Source of the DNA: a virus
Direction: 5' to 3' (one strand)
Length of the DNA stretch: 64,000 nt
IMG/VR virus record: IMGVR_UViG_3300046048_000257
Span: 1 to 64,000 of that record
Shown one piece after another: positions 1-9,646 of the stretch (its first letter is position 1; every line of letters starts with the position of its first letter). A model generated the notes under the pieces. That model saw nothing but the letters and a program-made list of their open reading frames with translations, searched no databases and was not told the DNA's origin. The position numbers were made by a program, and so were the translations under genes.

Positions 1-1
1 T

Positions 2-142
2 TTACAGGCCGTGGGCCGGGGTATGCGGACCGCTGAGGGTAAGGAGTGGGTGGAAATAGTGGATTTTTTGGACCCATATAAATATCTGGCCCGCCACTGC
101 GTGGGCCGGTTAAATATGTATAAGGAGCGTGGATGGTTGTAA
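2..142 (+). CDS. C-terminal fragment of a superfamily 2 (UvsW-like) helicase, truncated by the window start
   Basis: Manual translation LQAVGRGMRTAEGKEWVEIVDFLD...* contains helicase motif VI (QxxGRxxR) followed by the typical 'IVDFxD' strand; not in the ORF track. Confidence 0.7.
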   Translation, partial: LQAVGRGMRTAEGKEWVEIVDFLDPYKYLARHCVGRLNMYKERGWL

Positions 143-259
143 TAGCGTGGATTTTTGTAAATGTGGCGTGGCTGATACCGGGCCCTCCACACAGGTGGGC
201 CCGGAGGCTTAAGGCAGAGCGGGCAGCTGCCAGAAAATATAAACTAAGGAGGTAGGGGT

Positions 260-925
260 ATGCCTATTAAAAAAGCATTTTACGTGGAGGACTATGATGA
301 GGTGCTGGCCAGTATGCCAGATAACTTTAAGCGGGCGGACTTTTTTAAAGGGGTGATGGCCACCATGCCTGCCAAGGGCCCGGAGGGTGAGGATACCACC
401 ACAGAGGATTTTAAAAAGCAGGTAAAGTGCTCTGTGGGTAACTGGCTGCACCGTAAAGCGCAGGCAGGTATGATTAAAAAAGCCAAGCGCACAGGGTGGC
501 AGGTGGTGTACGCAAAGCCCGGAGCCAAAAAGGAGCAGCCACAGGCTCCAAAAGAGCCCACCACAGCCCCTGAGGAGCCGCAGGATGGTTTAACACTGCT
601 GGATATAGGTAAAGGTATTGAGGCACTGATAAATCATATCAGAGGGCGCCGTGACTACTGGAAAAAGCTATATTATGACCAGCTGCGGACTTTTGAGGAC
701 CTAAGCCGGGATATGCGGGACCTTAAGACCGATAAGGAAAACCTTAACCGCAGACTGGATAAGCAAAATAATGAGATACTGCGGCTAACTAATGAGGCCC
801 GGCGCTCAGGCCAGAGCACGGTAAAGCTGAGTGAGGTGGCCCGCTTTAAAACTAAAAACGCAGGTGCTGGGAGGCGGGAGGTAAGTACGGAGGAGGTAAA
901 CCATGAGTGTGCGCCCAGTTTGTAA
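260..925 (+). CDS. hypothetical protein with C-terminal coiled coil
   Basis: AAGGAGGT RBS upstream; heptad-like C-terminal region. Confidence 0.6.
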   Translation: MPIKKAFYVEDYDEVLASMPDNFKRADFFKGVMATMPAKGPEGEDTTTEDFKKQVKCSVGNWLHRKAQAGMIKKAKRTGWQVVYAKPGAKKEQPQAPKEPTTAPEEPQDGLTLLDIGKGIEALINHIRGRRDYWKKLYYDQLRTFEDLSRDMRDLKTDKENLNRRLDKQNNEILRLTNEARRSGQSTVKLSEVARFKTKNAGAGRREVSTEEVNHECAPSL

Positions 926-946
926 GAACAGAGGAGGTAAGCGCAG

Positions 947-1189
947 ATGGCAGTGAGCCTGCTAATAATAAAACAGCCTAACGGTAAACTGGCGGTGTTT
1001 AATAAGATAGCCATGACCATAGACTTATGGGATGCCAGCCCACAGCTGGTGGTGGATTATTTGATGGAGCGGCAGGATGAACACCCCTCATTTAGCACGG
1101 CCATAGAGGGCATGCGGCATGCCCATGGCTGGGAGGCCGTGGGTAAAATATTGGATACCATGGAGCGGGAGCACCCCCCGGAGGCGTAA
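947..1189 (+). CDS. hypothetical protein
   Basis: GGAGG RBS; stop overlaps the primase start. Confidence 0.5.
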   Translation: MAVSLLIIKQPNGKLAVFNKIAMTIDLWDASPQLVVDYLMERQDEHPSFSTAIEGMRHAHGWEAVGKILDTMEREHPPEA

Positions 1190-2100
1190 TGGGCTTTGAT
1201 GTAATTAAATATTTAGATGCCCGTGGGATAGCCCACAGCTCAGGCAAAAACGTAAGTGGCGGCTGGGTGGGCATACAGTGCGTATATCCGCTGTGTGATG
1301 ACCGCAGTAACCACTTAGGTATTAACCTCCAGAGCGGGCTGCACAGCTGCTGGAAGTGTGGCAATAAAGGAGGACCTGAGCACCTTGTGATGCTTATAGA
1401 CCGCTGTGATTATGGCCGGGCTGCTGATGTGGTGCGTAAATTTAGCAGCGGGCTGATAACTAACCGGGAGGAGCATGTGCGGCTGGGCTCATTTATGCTG
1501 CCAAAATTTTGCAGCTATGAGCCGCACGGTATCCATGCGGCGTATCTGGCCAGCCGTGGATATGACTGGCAGGAGCTGGTGGCCCAGTATGATATACGCT
1601 TTACAGGTCCGGTGGCTTACGTGGATACCAGCCGGGGTAAAATCCATTATCGGTGGCGTATTATTATACCCATATACGTGGATGGCGCCATGGTAAACTT
1701 TACCAGCCGTGATGTAACTGGCCGGAGTGATGCCCGGTATAAAACCGCCCCGGATGATATAGCCATGATGCCCGGAGGCACTGTGGTTTATAATCTGGAT
1801 AACGCAGGTGACCGCATAGCGCTGATGGAGGGCCCTTTTGATGTATGGCGTATAGGGCCGGGGGCCGTGGGTATGCTGGGCACCGTGTTTACTGAGGAGC
1901 AGCTGGAGCTGATAGCCGCAAAACAGCCCAGCCGCCTGTATGTAGTTTATGACCATGGCGCTGCTGAGATAGCGGAGGAGCTGGGTACCCGTATGGCCAA
2001 GCTGGTGCCCCGTGTGGATTACCTGTGGCTGGATGAGGGTGACCCGGATACTCTGCCCCTCATGGATATAAAGCGTTTACAGCACATGCTGGCCGTTTAA
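1189..2100 (+). CDS. DNA primase (Zn-binding domain + TOPRIM)
   Basis: N-terminal C..C/H/CWKC zinc ligands; TOPRIM motifs EGPFD, VVYD and DPD. Confidence 0.85.
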   Translation: MGFDVIKYLDARGIAHSSGKNVSGGWVGIQCVYPLCDDRSNHLGINLQSGLHSCWKCGNKGGPEHLVMLIDRCDYGRAADVVRKFSSGLITNREEHVRLGSFMLPKFCSYEPHGIHAAYLASRGYDWQELVAQYDIRFTGPVAYVDTSRGKIHYRWRIIIPIYVDGAMVNFTSRDVTGRSDARYKTAPDDIAMMPGGTVVYNLDNAGDRIALMEGPFDVWRIGPGAVGMLGTVFTEEQLELIAAKQPSRLYVVYDHGAAEIAEELGTRMAKLVPRVDYLWLDEGDPDTLPLMDIKRLQHMLAV

Positions 2101-2140
2101 AAATTAACTTTACTTATATACATTAACCTGATAAAAAGAT

Positions 2141-2286
2141 GGTTTACGGGATGATTAAGGCGGTGGTTACACAAAGCCCTTATTTTTAGTGCTGGCAGGT
2201 TTCACTGCCTACATACCCCGTAAACCGTGCGGTGGCACCTGCCACTGCATAGAGCTACCTGCCAGCACTAAAGGTAAGGGTTTTTT
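2141..2286 (+). promoter_or_regulatory. structured 5' leader / putative attenuator upstream of the replication initiator-like gene
   Basis: 2185-2200 is the perfect reverse complement of 2257-2272 (extends to about 28 bp with G-U pairs and runs into a T-tract); competing helix 2141-2150/2217-2226 plus 2158-2166/2202-2210; hairpin 2228-2249. Confidence 0.55.
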
Positions 2287-2342
2287 ATTGCCTAAAAACC
2301 TACCATTTAACCTTTTAACCTTACAAAATTTAGGAGGCCTCC

Positions 2343-3608
2343 ATGACAGATACACCAGAGCGGCAGTATTTTGTAGCAGCTGGCCGTGGTACGCATGTGG
2401 CAATAGATACCACGGCCTTAACTGATAAGCGGCTTAGCTGGAAAGCCAAGGCCCTGCATTATTATATACGCACGCAGCTGGAGGCGCTTAGTAACCAGCA
2501 GGAGCTGATAGCCGCTGGCCCGGATGGCCGTGACTCTGTGGGCTCCGGCATACGTGAATTAATACAGCATAAGTACCTTTTTGCTAAGCAGCAGCGTGAT
2601 GAAAATGGCCAGTTTATCTGTATGCTGTATGTATCATTTCCAGAGCCTGTGCACATATCCGATGAGCAAGTGAGCACACTACTGAGCACAGGCAGTGTGC
2701 ACATGAGCCCACAAAATGCGCCCATGGGCACACCGTTTACGGAAAACCCGGACACGGTGCAGACTGGGCAGGATGATATATATTATTTAACTTCGTTAAA
2801 TAAACATATTAGTAATAAATCACTACGTGATTTATCACATAATATGGAGGGCGCCACAGCGCCCTCCAGCATTTTAGAAAATAAACCCACGGATAAAATC
2901 GTAAAGGAAATTTTAGCCCTGTGGAATAGCCAGCCTGCATTACCCACCCATAAATTTAATCCAAAGTACAAAAAATACCGCCTGTGCCTTGCAGCGGTAA
3001 GGCAGGCTCTACGTGAAAATACCCCGGCTGTGATTAAGGAGGCCATACAGGCCTATAACAATTTGATAGAAAATGGGCACACAGTGATAGGCACAAAAAG
3101 CCCGCACCGGGTAGGGCTGGATGAATTTTTTAAGTTTAGCTCATATACACAGAGCGTGGTGGATGGCTTTAGGCCGCCCATGGCCATGTGTGGGCTCACT
3201 GGATGGTTTGATGAGTGCAGTAAGGGCGCTGATTATTTATACAAAAAATATGCCCGTGTGCGTAAAACAAAAAATACGGATGTGGCCCGGATACTGGAGG
3301 CCGGGCTGGAAAGCGCCAGCAGCTGGCGGCCAAGGGGTAACCCACAGGATGCTACGGCTTTTAATCTGGCTGCTGATATGGTGGTAAATTACTATAATGA
3401 GCACAGGCACAGCATGCCTTTTAGTTACATGGCCGGTGACTTAGCCCGTGATTTAATCAACATGGTGGGTGAATATAATAAGCCCCACCCCGGTACTTTA
3501 TCTAACGCACGTACATGGGAGGCTTTTGAGCGCTATCTGGATGAAACTGGAGTAATAAGACAAAGTACCGGAGGTGATCGTGGCTTTACAGCAACAGCGG
3601 GTGTATAG
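2343..3608 (+). CDS. putative replication initiator / replisome organiser (N-terminal HTH)
   Basis: DKRLSWKAKAL...ELIQHKYL winged-helix-like N-terminus and PFTENP linker typical of phage replication initiators; lies between primase and DnaB. Confidence 0.6.
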   Translation: MTDTPERQYFVAAGRGTHVAIDTTALTDKRLSWKAKALHYYIRTQLEALSNQQELIAAGPDGRDSVGSGIRELIQHKYLFAKQQRDENGQFICMLYVSFPEPVHISDEQVSTLLSTGSVHMSPQNAPMGTPFTENPDTVQTGQDDIYYLTSLNKHISNKSLRDLSHNMEGATAPSSILENKPTDKIVKEILALWNSQPALPTHKFNPKYKKYRLCLAAVRQALRENTPAVIKEAIQAYNNLIENGHTVIGTKSPHRVGLDEFFKFSSYTQSVVDGFRPPMAMCGLTGWFDECSKGADYLYKKYARVRKTKNTDVARILEAGLESASSWRPRGNPQDATAFNLAADMVVNYYNEHRHSMPFSYMAGDLARDLINMVGEYNKPHPGTLSNARTWEAFERYLDETGVIRQSTGGDRGFTATAGV

Positions 3609-5160
3609 AACCGCAGAGGATGACATACTGGCGGCTATGATAACCTCCACAGCTTTTATGGACCGGGCTGTGGGATGGTATAAGCCTGAGTATTTTAGTG
3701 ACTATGCGCAGCTGATAGCTGGCTGGGTGGTGGAGTTTTACCAGCAGTACAGGCAGGCGCCCGGTGAAACTATCCACCATATTTACACTATCCAAAAAGA
3801 AAACATACCCCCCGCCATGGCCTCTAATGTGGCCACTTATCTGGCTAACCTAAATGGATACCCTCATAATTTTAATCTGGAGTACCTGCTGGATAATACC
3901 CGTGAATTTTTTAAGCGGCGCAGTTATGAGTATTTGTTTAACCAAGGCCGTGAGCTTGTGAAAGCCGGGCGTTTAGATGAGGCCATACAGCTGCATGAGG
4001 ATTTTAGGGCTGTGGCACGGGCTACCTCTAAATGGGAAAATCCTTTTGATACAGAGGTGATAAATGCCCATTTTAGGGAGGATAACAGTGAGTATCAGGT
4101 GCTAAAATTCAGGGATGCGCTGGGTGAGCTGGTGGGCCCACTGGAGCGTAACTGGCTGGTGGCTTTCATGGGACCCATGAAACGGGGTAAAAGTTTTTGG
4201 TGTGAGGAGTCTATTTTTGCCGGGCTGGCGCAACAGAAACGGGTGGCGTACATAAATCTGGAAATGCCGGACCGGGCTATTAGGCGGCGGGAGTATAAGC
4301 GCATGACCGCATTACCAGACCTGCCCGCAGTGTATTATATGCCTAAGTTTGATTGTATCCTTAACCAGTATGGTGGGTGCACTATGGTGGAGCGCACTGG
4401 TGGCGGGGTGCTTATACATGGTAATGAGGCGCCTAATTATATGCCCGGCCACCCGTGGAAAGTGTGCACATTTTGCCGGGATAACCGGCTGTATATTAAA
4501 AAAACGTATGGGCATAATAAGTATGAGCCCGCTGTGTGGTACAGTTATACTAATAAGCTGGCTATTACTGCGGATGCTGTGCTTAAGGAGGCAGCTAACG
4601 CTAAAATGCTTTTGAGTGATAACCTCCGGCAGATAACATACCCGGCGTATAGCGCCACACTGGATGATGTGCGCCGGGACTTAGATAATCTGATATATGC
4701 GCAAAAGTTTTACCCGGATATAGTGGTGCTGGACTATGCTGATATTTTGGGCTCAGAGGGCTCATACACGCAGGAGCGCCATAGGCTGGATAACATATGG
4801 AAACGACTAAAGCAGGCAGCTGGTGAAATGAGCGCTTTATGGATTACGGCCACACAGACTAACCGCAAAGGTATGGAGCGTAAGGATATTAAGGAAATAG
4901 ATACCGCTGAGGATATACGCAAAATGGCGCACGTGGATGCCATGTATGGGCTCAATTTAGCGGAGCATGAGCGGGGTAAGCATGTTACCCGTATAAGCCA
5001 GCTGGCCAACAGGCATAAGGAGGCAGAGGCTAAACAGGTGGTGGTACTCCACCAGCTCCAGCTGGGGCTGCCTTATCTGGATAGTGCATGGCGCCCTATA
5101 CCTAAGACAAAGGATGAGCAAAACGGCCAGCCTGAGGTACCACCACTGAGCCCAAAATAA
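3574..5160 (+). CDS. dnaB: DnaB-like replicative helicase
   Basis: Walker A GPMKRGKS, INLEM, Walker B VVLDYAD, ITATQTNR, AEDIRK. Confidence 0.85.
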   Translation: MIVALQQQRVYRTAEDDILAAMITSTAFMDRAVGWYKPEYFSDYAQLIAGWVVEFYQQYRQAPGETIHHIYTIQKENIPPAMASNVATYLANLNGYPHNFNLEYLLDNTREFFKRRSYEYLFNQGRELVKAGRLDEAIQLHEDFRAVARATSKWENPFDTEVINAHFREDNSEYQVLKFRDALGELVGPLERNWLVAFMGPMKRGKSFWCEESIFAGLAQQKRVAYINLEMPDRAIRRREYKRMTALPDLPAVYYMPKFDCILNQYGGCTMVERTGGGVLIHGNEAPNYMPGHPWKVCTFCRDNRLYIKKTYGHNKYEPAVWYSYTNKLAITADAVLKEAANAKMLLSDNLRQITYPAYSATLDDVRRDLDNLIYAQKFYPDIVVLDYADILGSEGSYTQERHRLDNIWKRLKQAAGEMSALWITATQTNRKGMERKDIKEIDTAEDIRKMAHVDAMYGLNLAEHERGKHVTRISQLANRHKEAEAKQVVVLHQLQLGLPYLDSAWRPIPKTKDEQNGQPEVPPLSPK

Positions 5161-5199
5161 AAATAGTTTCATAAACCTTTTAGGACCTGTGCTATAATG
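5161..5199 (+). promoter_or_regulatory. phage promoter, copy 1 of a 39-bp repeat (extended -10 TGnTATAAT)
   Basis: aaatagtttcataaaccttttaggacctgtgcTATAATg; 38/39 identical to 9482-9520. Confidence 0.75.
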
Positions 5200-5251
5200 T
5201 GCCCATAGGCTATAATTTAATTTTATTAACCCAAAGTAAGGAGGTATTAAA

Positions 5252-6076
5252 ATGGCTTATATTGATATGGAGCTGGTAAAAGGCCCGGAGCTGCGCAGTA
5301 TCATAGAGGCTTTTAATGGCAGCGGGCTTTTAGCTGAGCCCATAGACCTGAAAAAAGGCAGACGCATTAACAATTTAGCAGAGGATTTTGTTAATAGTAT
5401 TGAGTCTGTTAATGGCATGGGTAGGCTGGATGAGGTGCCTGAGGCTGTGTTTAATTATTACGTGGCCATAGTTAAGGAGGGTGACCCCCCGGATAAGGCC
5501 GCAAAAAAGCAGGCGGCGGAGGATGCCAAGGCGGCCAAGGCAGTCAAAAAAATGGAGGAGGCCAAAGCCAAGGCGGAGGCTGCTGCTGAGGATGAAATAG
5601 CACTGGAGGCCGCTAAGGAGGCGGCAGAGGCAGATGCTAAGGCAGCAGCGGAGGCAGAGGAGGCGGCCAAAGCTAAGGCAGCCAGTAAAGCGGAGGCCAA
5701 AGCCAAGGCGGAGGCTGTTAAGAAAAAGCAGGATGAAATACGCCAAAAAGCCGCAGCCGCAGCTGATAAAAAAACACCGGCCAAAAAGGACCCGGCTAAA
5801 AAAGCCGCAGCTAAAAAACCCCCGGCTAAGCCCAAAAAACCCACACTGGTTAAGGCTGCTGTTTTTGGTAAAGTGCTGCTGGGTAAAAAGGCCAAAAAAT
5901 GGGATATTGTGGAGCTGGTGCAGGCCACAGCTGAAAAGACTAAAAGCCCTTATGTGGATACCCGGCGCAAGTGTAACACGTACATAGCCTTACTGCGGAC
6001 CATGGGCGTGTTAGAGGATGCAGGTGACAAGCTGGTGCTTTCCGAATGGTACCGCAAGGCACTGGCGGATAAATAG
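5252..6076 (+). CDS. Ala/Lys/Glu-rich protein with a histone H1-like PAKK segment
   Basis: AKAKAEA repeats followed by KKTPAKKDPAKKAAAKKPPAKPKK; strong RBS. Confidence 0.6.
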   Translation: MAYIDMELVKGPELRSIIEAFNGSGLLAEPIDLKKGRRINNLAEDFVNSIESVNGMGRLDEVPEAVFNYYVAIVKEGDPPDKAAKKQAAEDAKAAKAVKKMEEAKAKAEAAAEDEIALEAAKEAAEADAKAAAEAEEAAKAKAASKAEAKAKAEAVKKKQDEIRQKAAAAADKKTPAKKDPAKKAAAKKPPAKPKKPTLVKAAVFGKVLLGKKAKKWDIVELVQATAEKTKSPYVDTRRKCNTYIALLRTMGVLEDAGDKLVLSEWYRKALADK

Positions 6077-6078
6077 CG

Positions 6079-6113
6079 ATATAGGGCCTCTGGTTAAGCC
6101 AGAGGCCCTATAT
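6079..6113 (+). terminator. perfect 15-bp hairpin (terminator or processing site)
   Basis: ATATAGGGCCTCTGG-ttaag-CCAGAGGCCCTATAT just after the stop codon; U-tract is weak. Confidence 0.6.
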
Positions 6114-6125
6114 TGTTAAGGAGGC

Positions 6126-6389
6126 GTGATGTATATAAACCAGATAGAGCACAAAGGTAAGGAGCCCAGTGTGGTGGCTGCTCAGATGATAGGCTGGATG
6201 TATGAAAGCCACTGCTGGTTTGAGGAGGCCGGTAAGGCTAATAGAGTGTGTGTATGGTGTGGTGCGGAAAGTGCGGAGGATATGAAAATAGTGGGGCTGC
6301 CTGAGCCTATACTGTGCCTGCGTAACCCGCTGGTGACTGGTGCGGATTTAAAGGAGGCGCTGATAGCACTGGGGGTAAAAAGTGAGTGA
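6126..6389 (+). CDS. small putative Zn-binding protein (paralog of 9647..9958)
   Basis: SH...CVWCG...LCLRNP. Confidence 0.55.
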   Translation: MMYINQIEHKGKEPSVVAAQMIGWMYESHCWFEEAGKANRVCVWCGAESAEDMKIVGLPEPILCLRNPLVTGADLKEALIALGVKSE

Positions 6390-9078
6390 TGTAACGCTGT
6401 ACTATGGTGATAGCTTTAAGGGTAGTAACTGCCAAAAGTGCGGACTGGATGCTGAGTGTGTAACACCCCGGATGGCAGCTGGAGGCCAAGGCCTCCGGGG
6501 CTGGCTGGGCATAGGTGAGGGCCCCGGTGAAAATGAGGACTTGCAAGGCATACAGTTTGTGGGTGAGGCTGGCCAGCTGTTAATACAGCAGCTGGCACCT
6601 CATGGGATAGAGCTGCACCGGGATTTTAAGTTGATAAATGCGGTAAATTGCAGACCGCCAAAAAACCGCACACCCACGGCTGGTGAGATAGCTGCGTGCA
6701 GAGGCCGTGTTTTTGATGTGATAGATGAAATGCAGCCCAGCCACATATGGCTCATGGGTGACTCTGCTATAAAATGCTTTTATGGCGGGCGCTTTAGTGA
6801 AACTGGGATAGGCCGATGGCGGGGCCTGCATATACCGGACCGGCTAACCGGGGCGTGGGTGCACCCCATGTACCACCCCAGCTTTGCACTGCGCTCAGGT
6901 AAGGACCAGAATAAACTGAGCGTATATGAGCGGGACCTGCGGGAGGCTGTGGGCTGGCTGGGCATGGACCGGCCACAGTTTGTGGACCCGGAGCAGTATG
7001 TGCACAGGCTTAAGGATTACGGCGCCATTAAAAAGTTTTTAGAGGAGCTGCTGGCAGCTGCACAGACTGGGCCCATATCCATAGCCATAGACTGGGAAAC
7101 CACACACATAAAACCGTGGTATCCGGGCTTTCAGCGTATATGGAGCGCTGCGATATGTACGGGCCCGGAGTATGCTGCGGCTTTTCCGGTATCCTATCCG
7201 GGGGCTCTAAGTGAGGAGCAGGAGGCGCATGTAAAGGACCTGCTGCGGGCCATACTGGTGCACCCTAATATTTATAAATCAGCGCATAACCTCCAATTTG
7301 AGCACATATGGGCACAGGCTATACTGGGCGTGACCGTTAAAAACTGGGCGTGGTGCACTATGAATGGGGCCCACGTACTGGATGTGCGTAAGTATTACTG
7401 CGGCCTTAAGTTTCAGGCGTACATACACTGGGGGCTGGAGGGCTATGAGGATGAGGCTAAAAAATATATAAAAGCTGGAGCCAGTGAAATTAACCGGCTG
7501 GGTGAAATGCCACTGGACCACCTGCTGTTATATAATGGGCTGGATGCCCTGCTGTGCCAGTGGCTGTATAGCCTCCAATATCACAAAATGCAGGAGGCGC
7601 CTGAGTTGTATAACGGTTATACGTTTTTCCATGATGGCTTACAGGCGCTGGCTGAGGCCACTATACATGGGATACCCATGGATGAGCTGTATTACGCTGA
7701 GCAGCGCTGGACCTTAACGGAGCGCATGGATAAGCTGATGGCCGTACTTACCAGTGGTGAGATAGCTGAGGCATATAAGAAAAAAACCGGGGAGGAGCTG
7801 GCCATAGTAAATAAGGATTTTAGCGCCAAAGCCCTCCGGGTGGTGCTATTCGATATATTGAAACTGCCTAAAAATAAAACCACGGCCACTGGACTGGACT
7901 CTGTGGATAAGGAGGTACTGGCCAAGGCTGGTGATAATGGGTGGGTGGGCTCACTGCTGGAATGGCGCAAGCTGCATAAAATAGTTAACACGTATATAGC
8001 CCAGTTTGAGCGTGAAATACATGAGGGCTGGATGCACCCGTGGTATCCACTGCATACCACCCGGAGCACCCGTGGCTCCAGCATGAGCCCTAACTTTCAA
8101 AATATCCCAAAGCGTGAAAAGGAGGCAAAAAAGGTAACCCGGCAGGGTGTGGTGGCAGAGCCCGGATACCGCCTGTGTGCGGTGGATTATGGCAGCCAAG
8201 AGGTAAGGACCGCTGCAATACTGAGCGGTGACCGTGCGCTTATGGAATACTGCCACCAGCCAGATAGCGATATGCACGCAGATGTGGCACACCGTATCTG
8301 GCGCATAGACCCGGACTGGATAAGCAGCATGCTGCGCTTTCATAGTAAGGGTGGTTTTGTTTTTTCGCAGTTTTATGGCAGCTATTATGTGAGCTGTGGT
8401 ATAGACCTGTGGGAAAAGTGCATAATTGAGCCACTGGTGCTGGATACTTATAAAGGGCAGAAACTGGACCCGCAGTATCATGTGCTGCTTAAGGACCATT
8501 TAGTGGGCACAGGCATTATTACTAATGATGAGCACAAAAAGACTAAGCTAAAAATCCGGGGTAAGCTGGAAACGGTGAGCCAGCAGCTGGCGGATTTTGT
8601 GGTGCATGTAAAAACGGTGGAGCAGTGGTTTTGGCATAAGTTTGCAGGCCTGCGTGAGTGGCAGGAGCGCATGACATATGAATATCAGCGGACTGGGTAT
8701 GTGAGCATGCCTTTTGGTTTCAGGCGTGGCGGGCTATTGAATAATAATAAAATTTATAACACGGCCATACAGGGTACCGCTTTCCACTTTTTGCTGTGGA
8801 GTTATATACAGCTTACTCACATAAGCCGGGCCCAGTGGCGCAGCAGACTAATGGGCCAGATACATGATGAAATGATGTACCATATGGCTGAGGGTGAGGA
8901 GCAGATAGTGCTGGATACCACGGTGGATGTAATGGAGCGCCAGATACGTGAGCGCTTTGACTGGATAACGGTACCGCTGGTAGCGGAGCCTGAATGGAGC
9001 CCGGTGGGAGGTAACTGGACTCAGATGCAGGATGTGGTAAAGGGACCGGATGGCTGGGGGCTTAAGGAGGCAGCGTGA
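6382..9078 (+). CDS. polA: family A DNA polymerase with N-terminal family-4 uracil-DNA glycosylase-like domain and 3'-5' exonuclease
   Basis: UDG motifs CxxCxL, GEGPG..ED..G..FVGEAG, NAVNCRPPKNRTP, YHPS; exonuclease DWET, HNLQFE, YNGLD; polymerase motifs DYGSQEVR, K...FSQFYG, QIHDE. Confidence 0.92.
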   Translation: MSDVTLYYGDSFKGSNCQKCGLDAECVTPRMAAGGQGLRGWLGIGEGPGENEDLQGIQFVGEAGQLLIQQLAPHGIELHRDFKLINAVNCRPPKNRTPTAGEIAACRGRVFDVIDEMQPSHIWLMGDSAIKCFYGGRFSETGIGRWRGLHIPDRLTGAWVHPMYHPSFALRSGKDQNKLSVYERDLREAVGWLGMDRPQFVDPEQYVHRLKDYGAIKKFLEELLAAAQTGPISIAIDWETTHIKPWYPGFQRIWSAAICTGPEYAAAFPVSYPGALSEEQEAHVKDLLRAILVHPNIYKSAHNLQFEHIWAQAILGVTVKNWAWCTMNGAHVLDVRKYYCGLKFQAYIHWGLEGYEDEAKKYIKAGASEINRLGEMPLDHLLLYNGLDALLCQWLYSLQYHKMQEAPELYNGYTFFHDGLQALAEATIHGIPMDELYYAEQRWTLTERMDKLMAVLTSGEIAEAYKKKTGEELAIVNKDFSAKALRVVLFDILKLPKNKTTATGLDSVDKEVLAKAGDNGWVGSLLEWRKLHKIVNTYIAQFEREIHEGWMHPWYPLHTTRSTRGSSMSPNFQNIPKREKEAKKVTRQGVVAEPGYRLCAVDYGSQEVRTAAILSGDRALMEYCHQPDSDMHADVAHRIWRIDPDWISSMLRFHSKGGFVFSQFYGSYYVSCGIDLWEKCIIEPLVLDTYKGQKLDPQYHVLLKDHLVGTGIITNDEHKKTKLKIRGKLETVSQQLADFVVHVKTVEQWFWHKFAGLREWQERMTYEYQRTGYVSMPFGFRRGGLLNNNKIYNTAIQGTAFHFLLWSYIQLTHISRAQWRSRLMGQIHDEMMYHMAEGEEQIVLDTTVDVMERQIRERFDWITVPLVAEPEWSPVGGNWTQMQDVVKGPDGWGLKEAA

Positions 9079-9308
9079 GTTTATATTTAGTGATGGCATT
9101 AAAAAAGGAGCATGAGGCTATACTGGTGGGGCCCTTAGGCAGTATAACTGTGCCTGTGCAGATAAACTGGGCAGATGGCATGGTGGGCGCTCTGCCTGTA
9201 TTCGATAATGAAAAAGCAGCTGTGGCCTATGCAGGTGGTAAGTATGCAGTGATGCAGATGGCAGAGGTGGGCACAGATATTGAGGAGGATACAGATGGAG
9301 CTGAGTGA
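9075..9308 (+). CDS. hypothetical protein
   Basis: AAGGAGG RBS; GTGA overlap with the polA stop. Confidence 0.5.
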   Translation: MSLYLVMALKKEHEAILVGPLGSITVPVQINWADGMVGALPVFDNEKAAVAYAGGKYAVMQMAEVGTDIEEDTDGAE

Positions 9309-9483
9309 GCACCCTGAGGTAGCTTATAGAGGGCAGGATGCGCAAGCTGTGCGTGTGCGGGTGTGTTTTAGAGGTAAGGTGGACCATGGCTGGTACTGTG
9401 TAAACCTGCGGATACCTAAAGATAAGCTGCTGGAGCTACATGGCAGCCGTACTGCGCTGGATGAGCCTGAGCTGGAGGCTTAA
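9280..9483 (+). CDS. hypothetical protein (true start probably about 9295)
   Basis: GAGGAGG RBS before the ATG at about 9295. Confidence 0.4.
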   Translation: MRRIQMELSEHPEVAYRGQDAQAVRVRVCFRGKVDHGWYCVNLRIPKDKLLELHGSRTALDEPELEA

Positions 9484-9520
9484 ATAGTTTCATAAACCTT
9501 TTAGGACCTGTGGTATAATG
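9482..9520 (+). promoter_or_regulatory. phage promoter, copy 2 of the 39-bp repeat
   Basis: aaatagtttcataaaccttttaggacctgtggTATAATg. Confidence 0.75.
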
Positions 9521-9646
9521 CGGGCATGATAATTTTTGAGGCAAAAAAAGGGCACTGGGGTGAGCATGGCTGGGTAAGGATAAAGTGGCACCAGTGGCTC
9601 ACTTTGTGGCTTAACAATTATGTAACCCGGATAAGGAGGATAAAAC

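Noticed and set aside
4330-4550. Intein in DnaB
   Set aside because: Too short, with no intein N-terminal block or His-Asn/Cys-Ser-Thr junction
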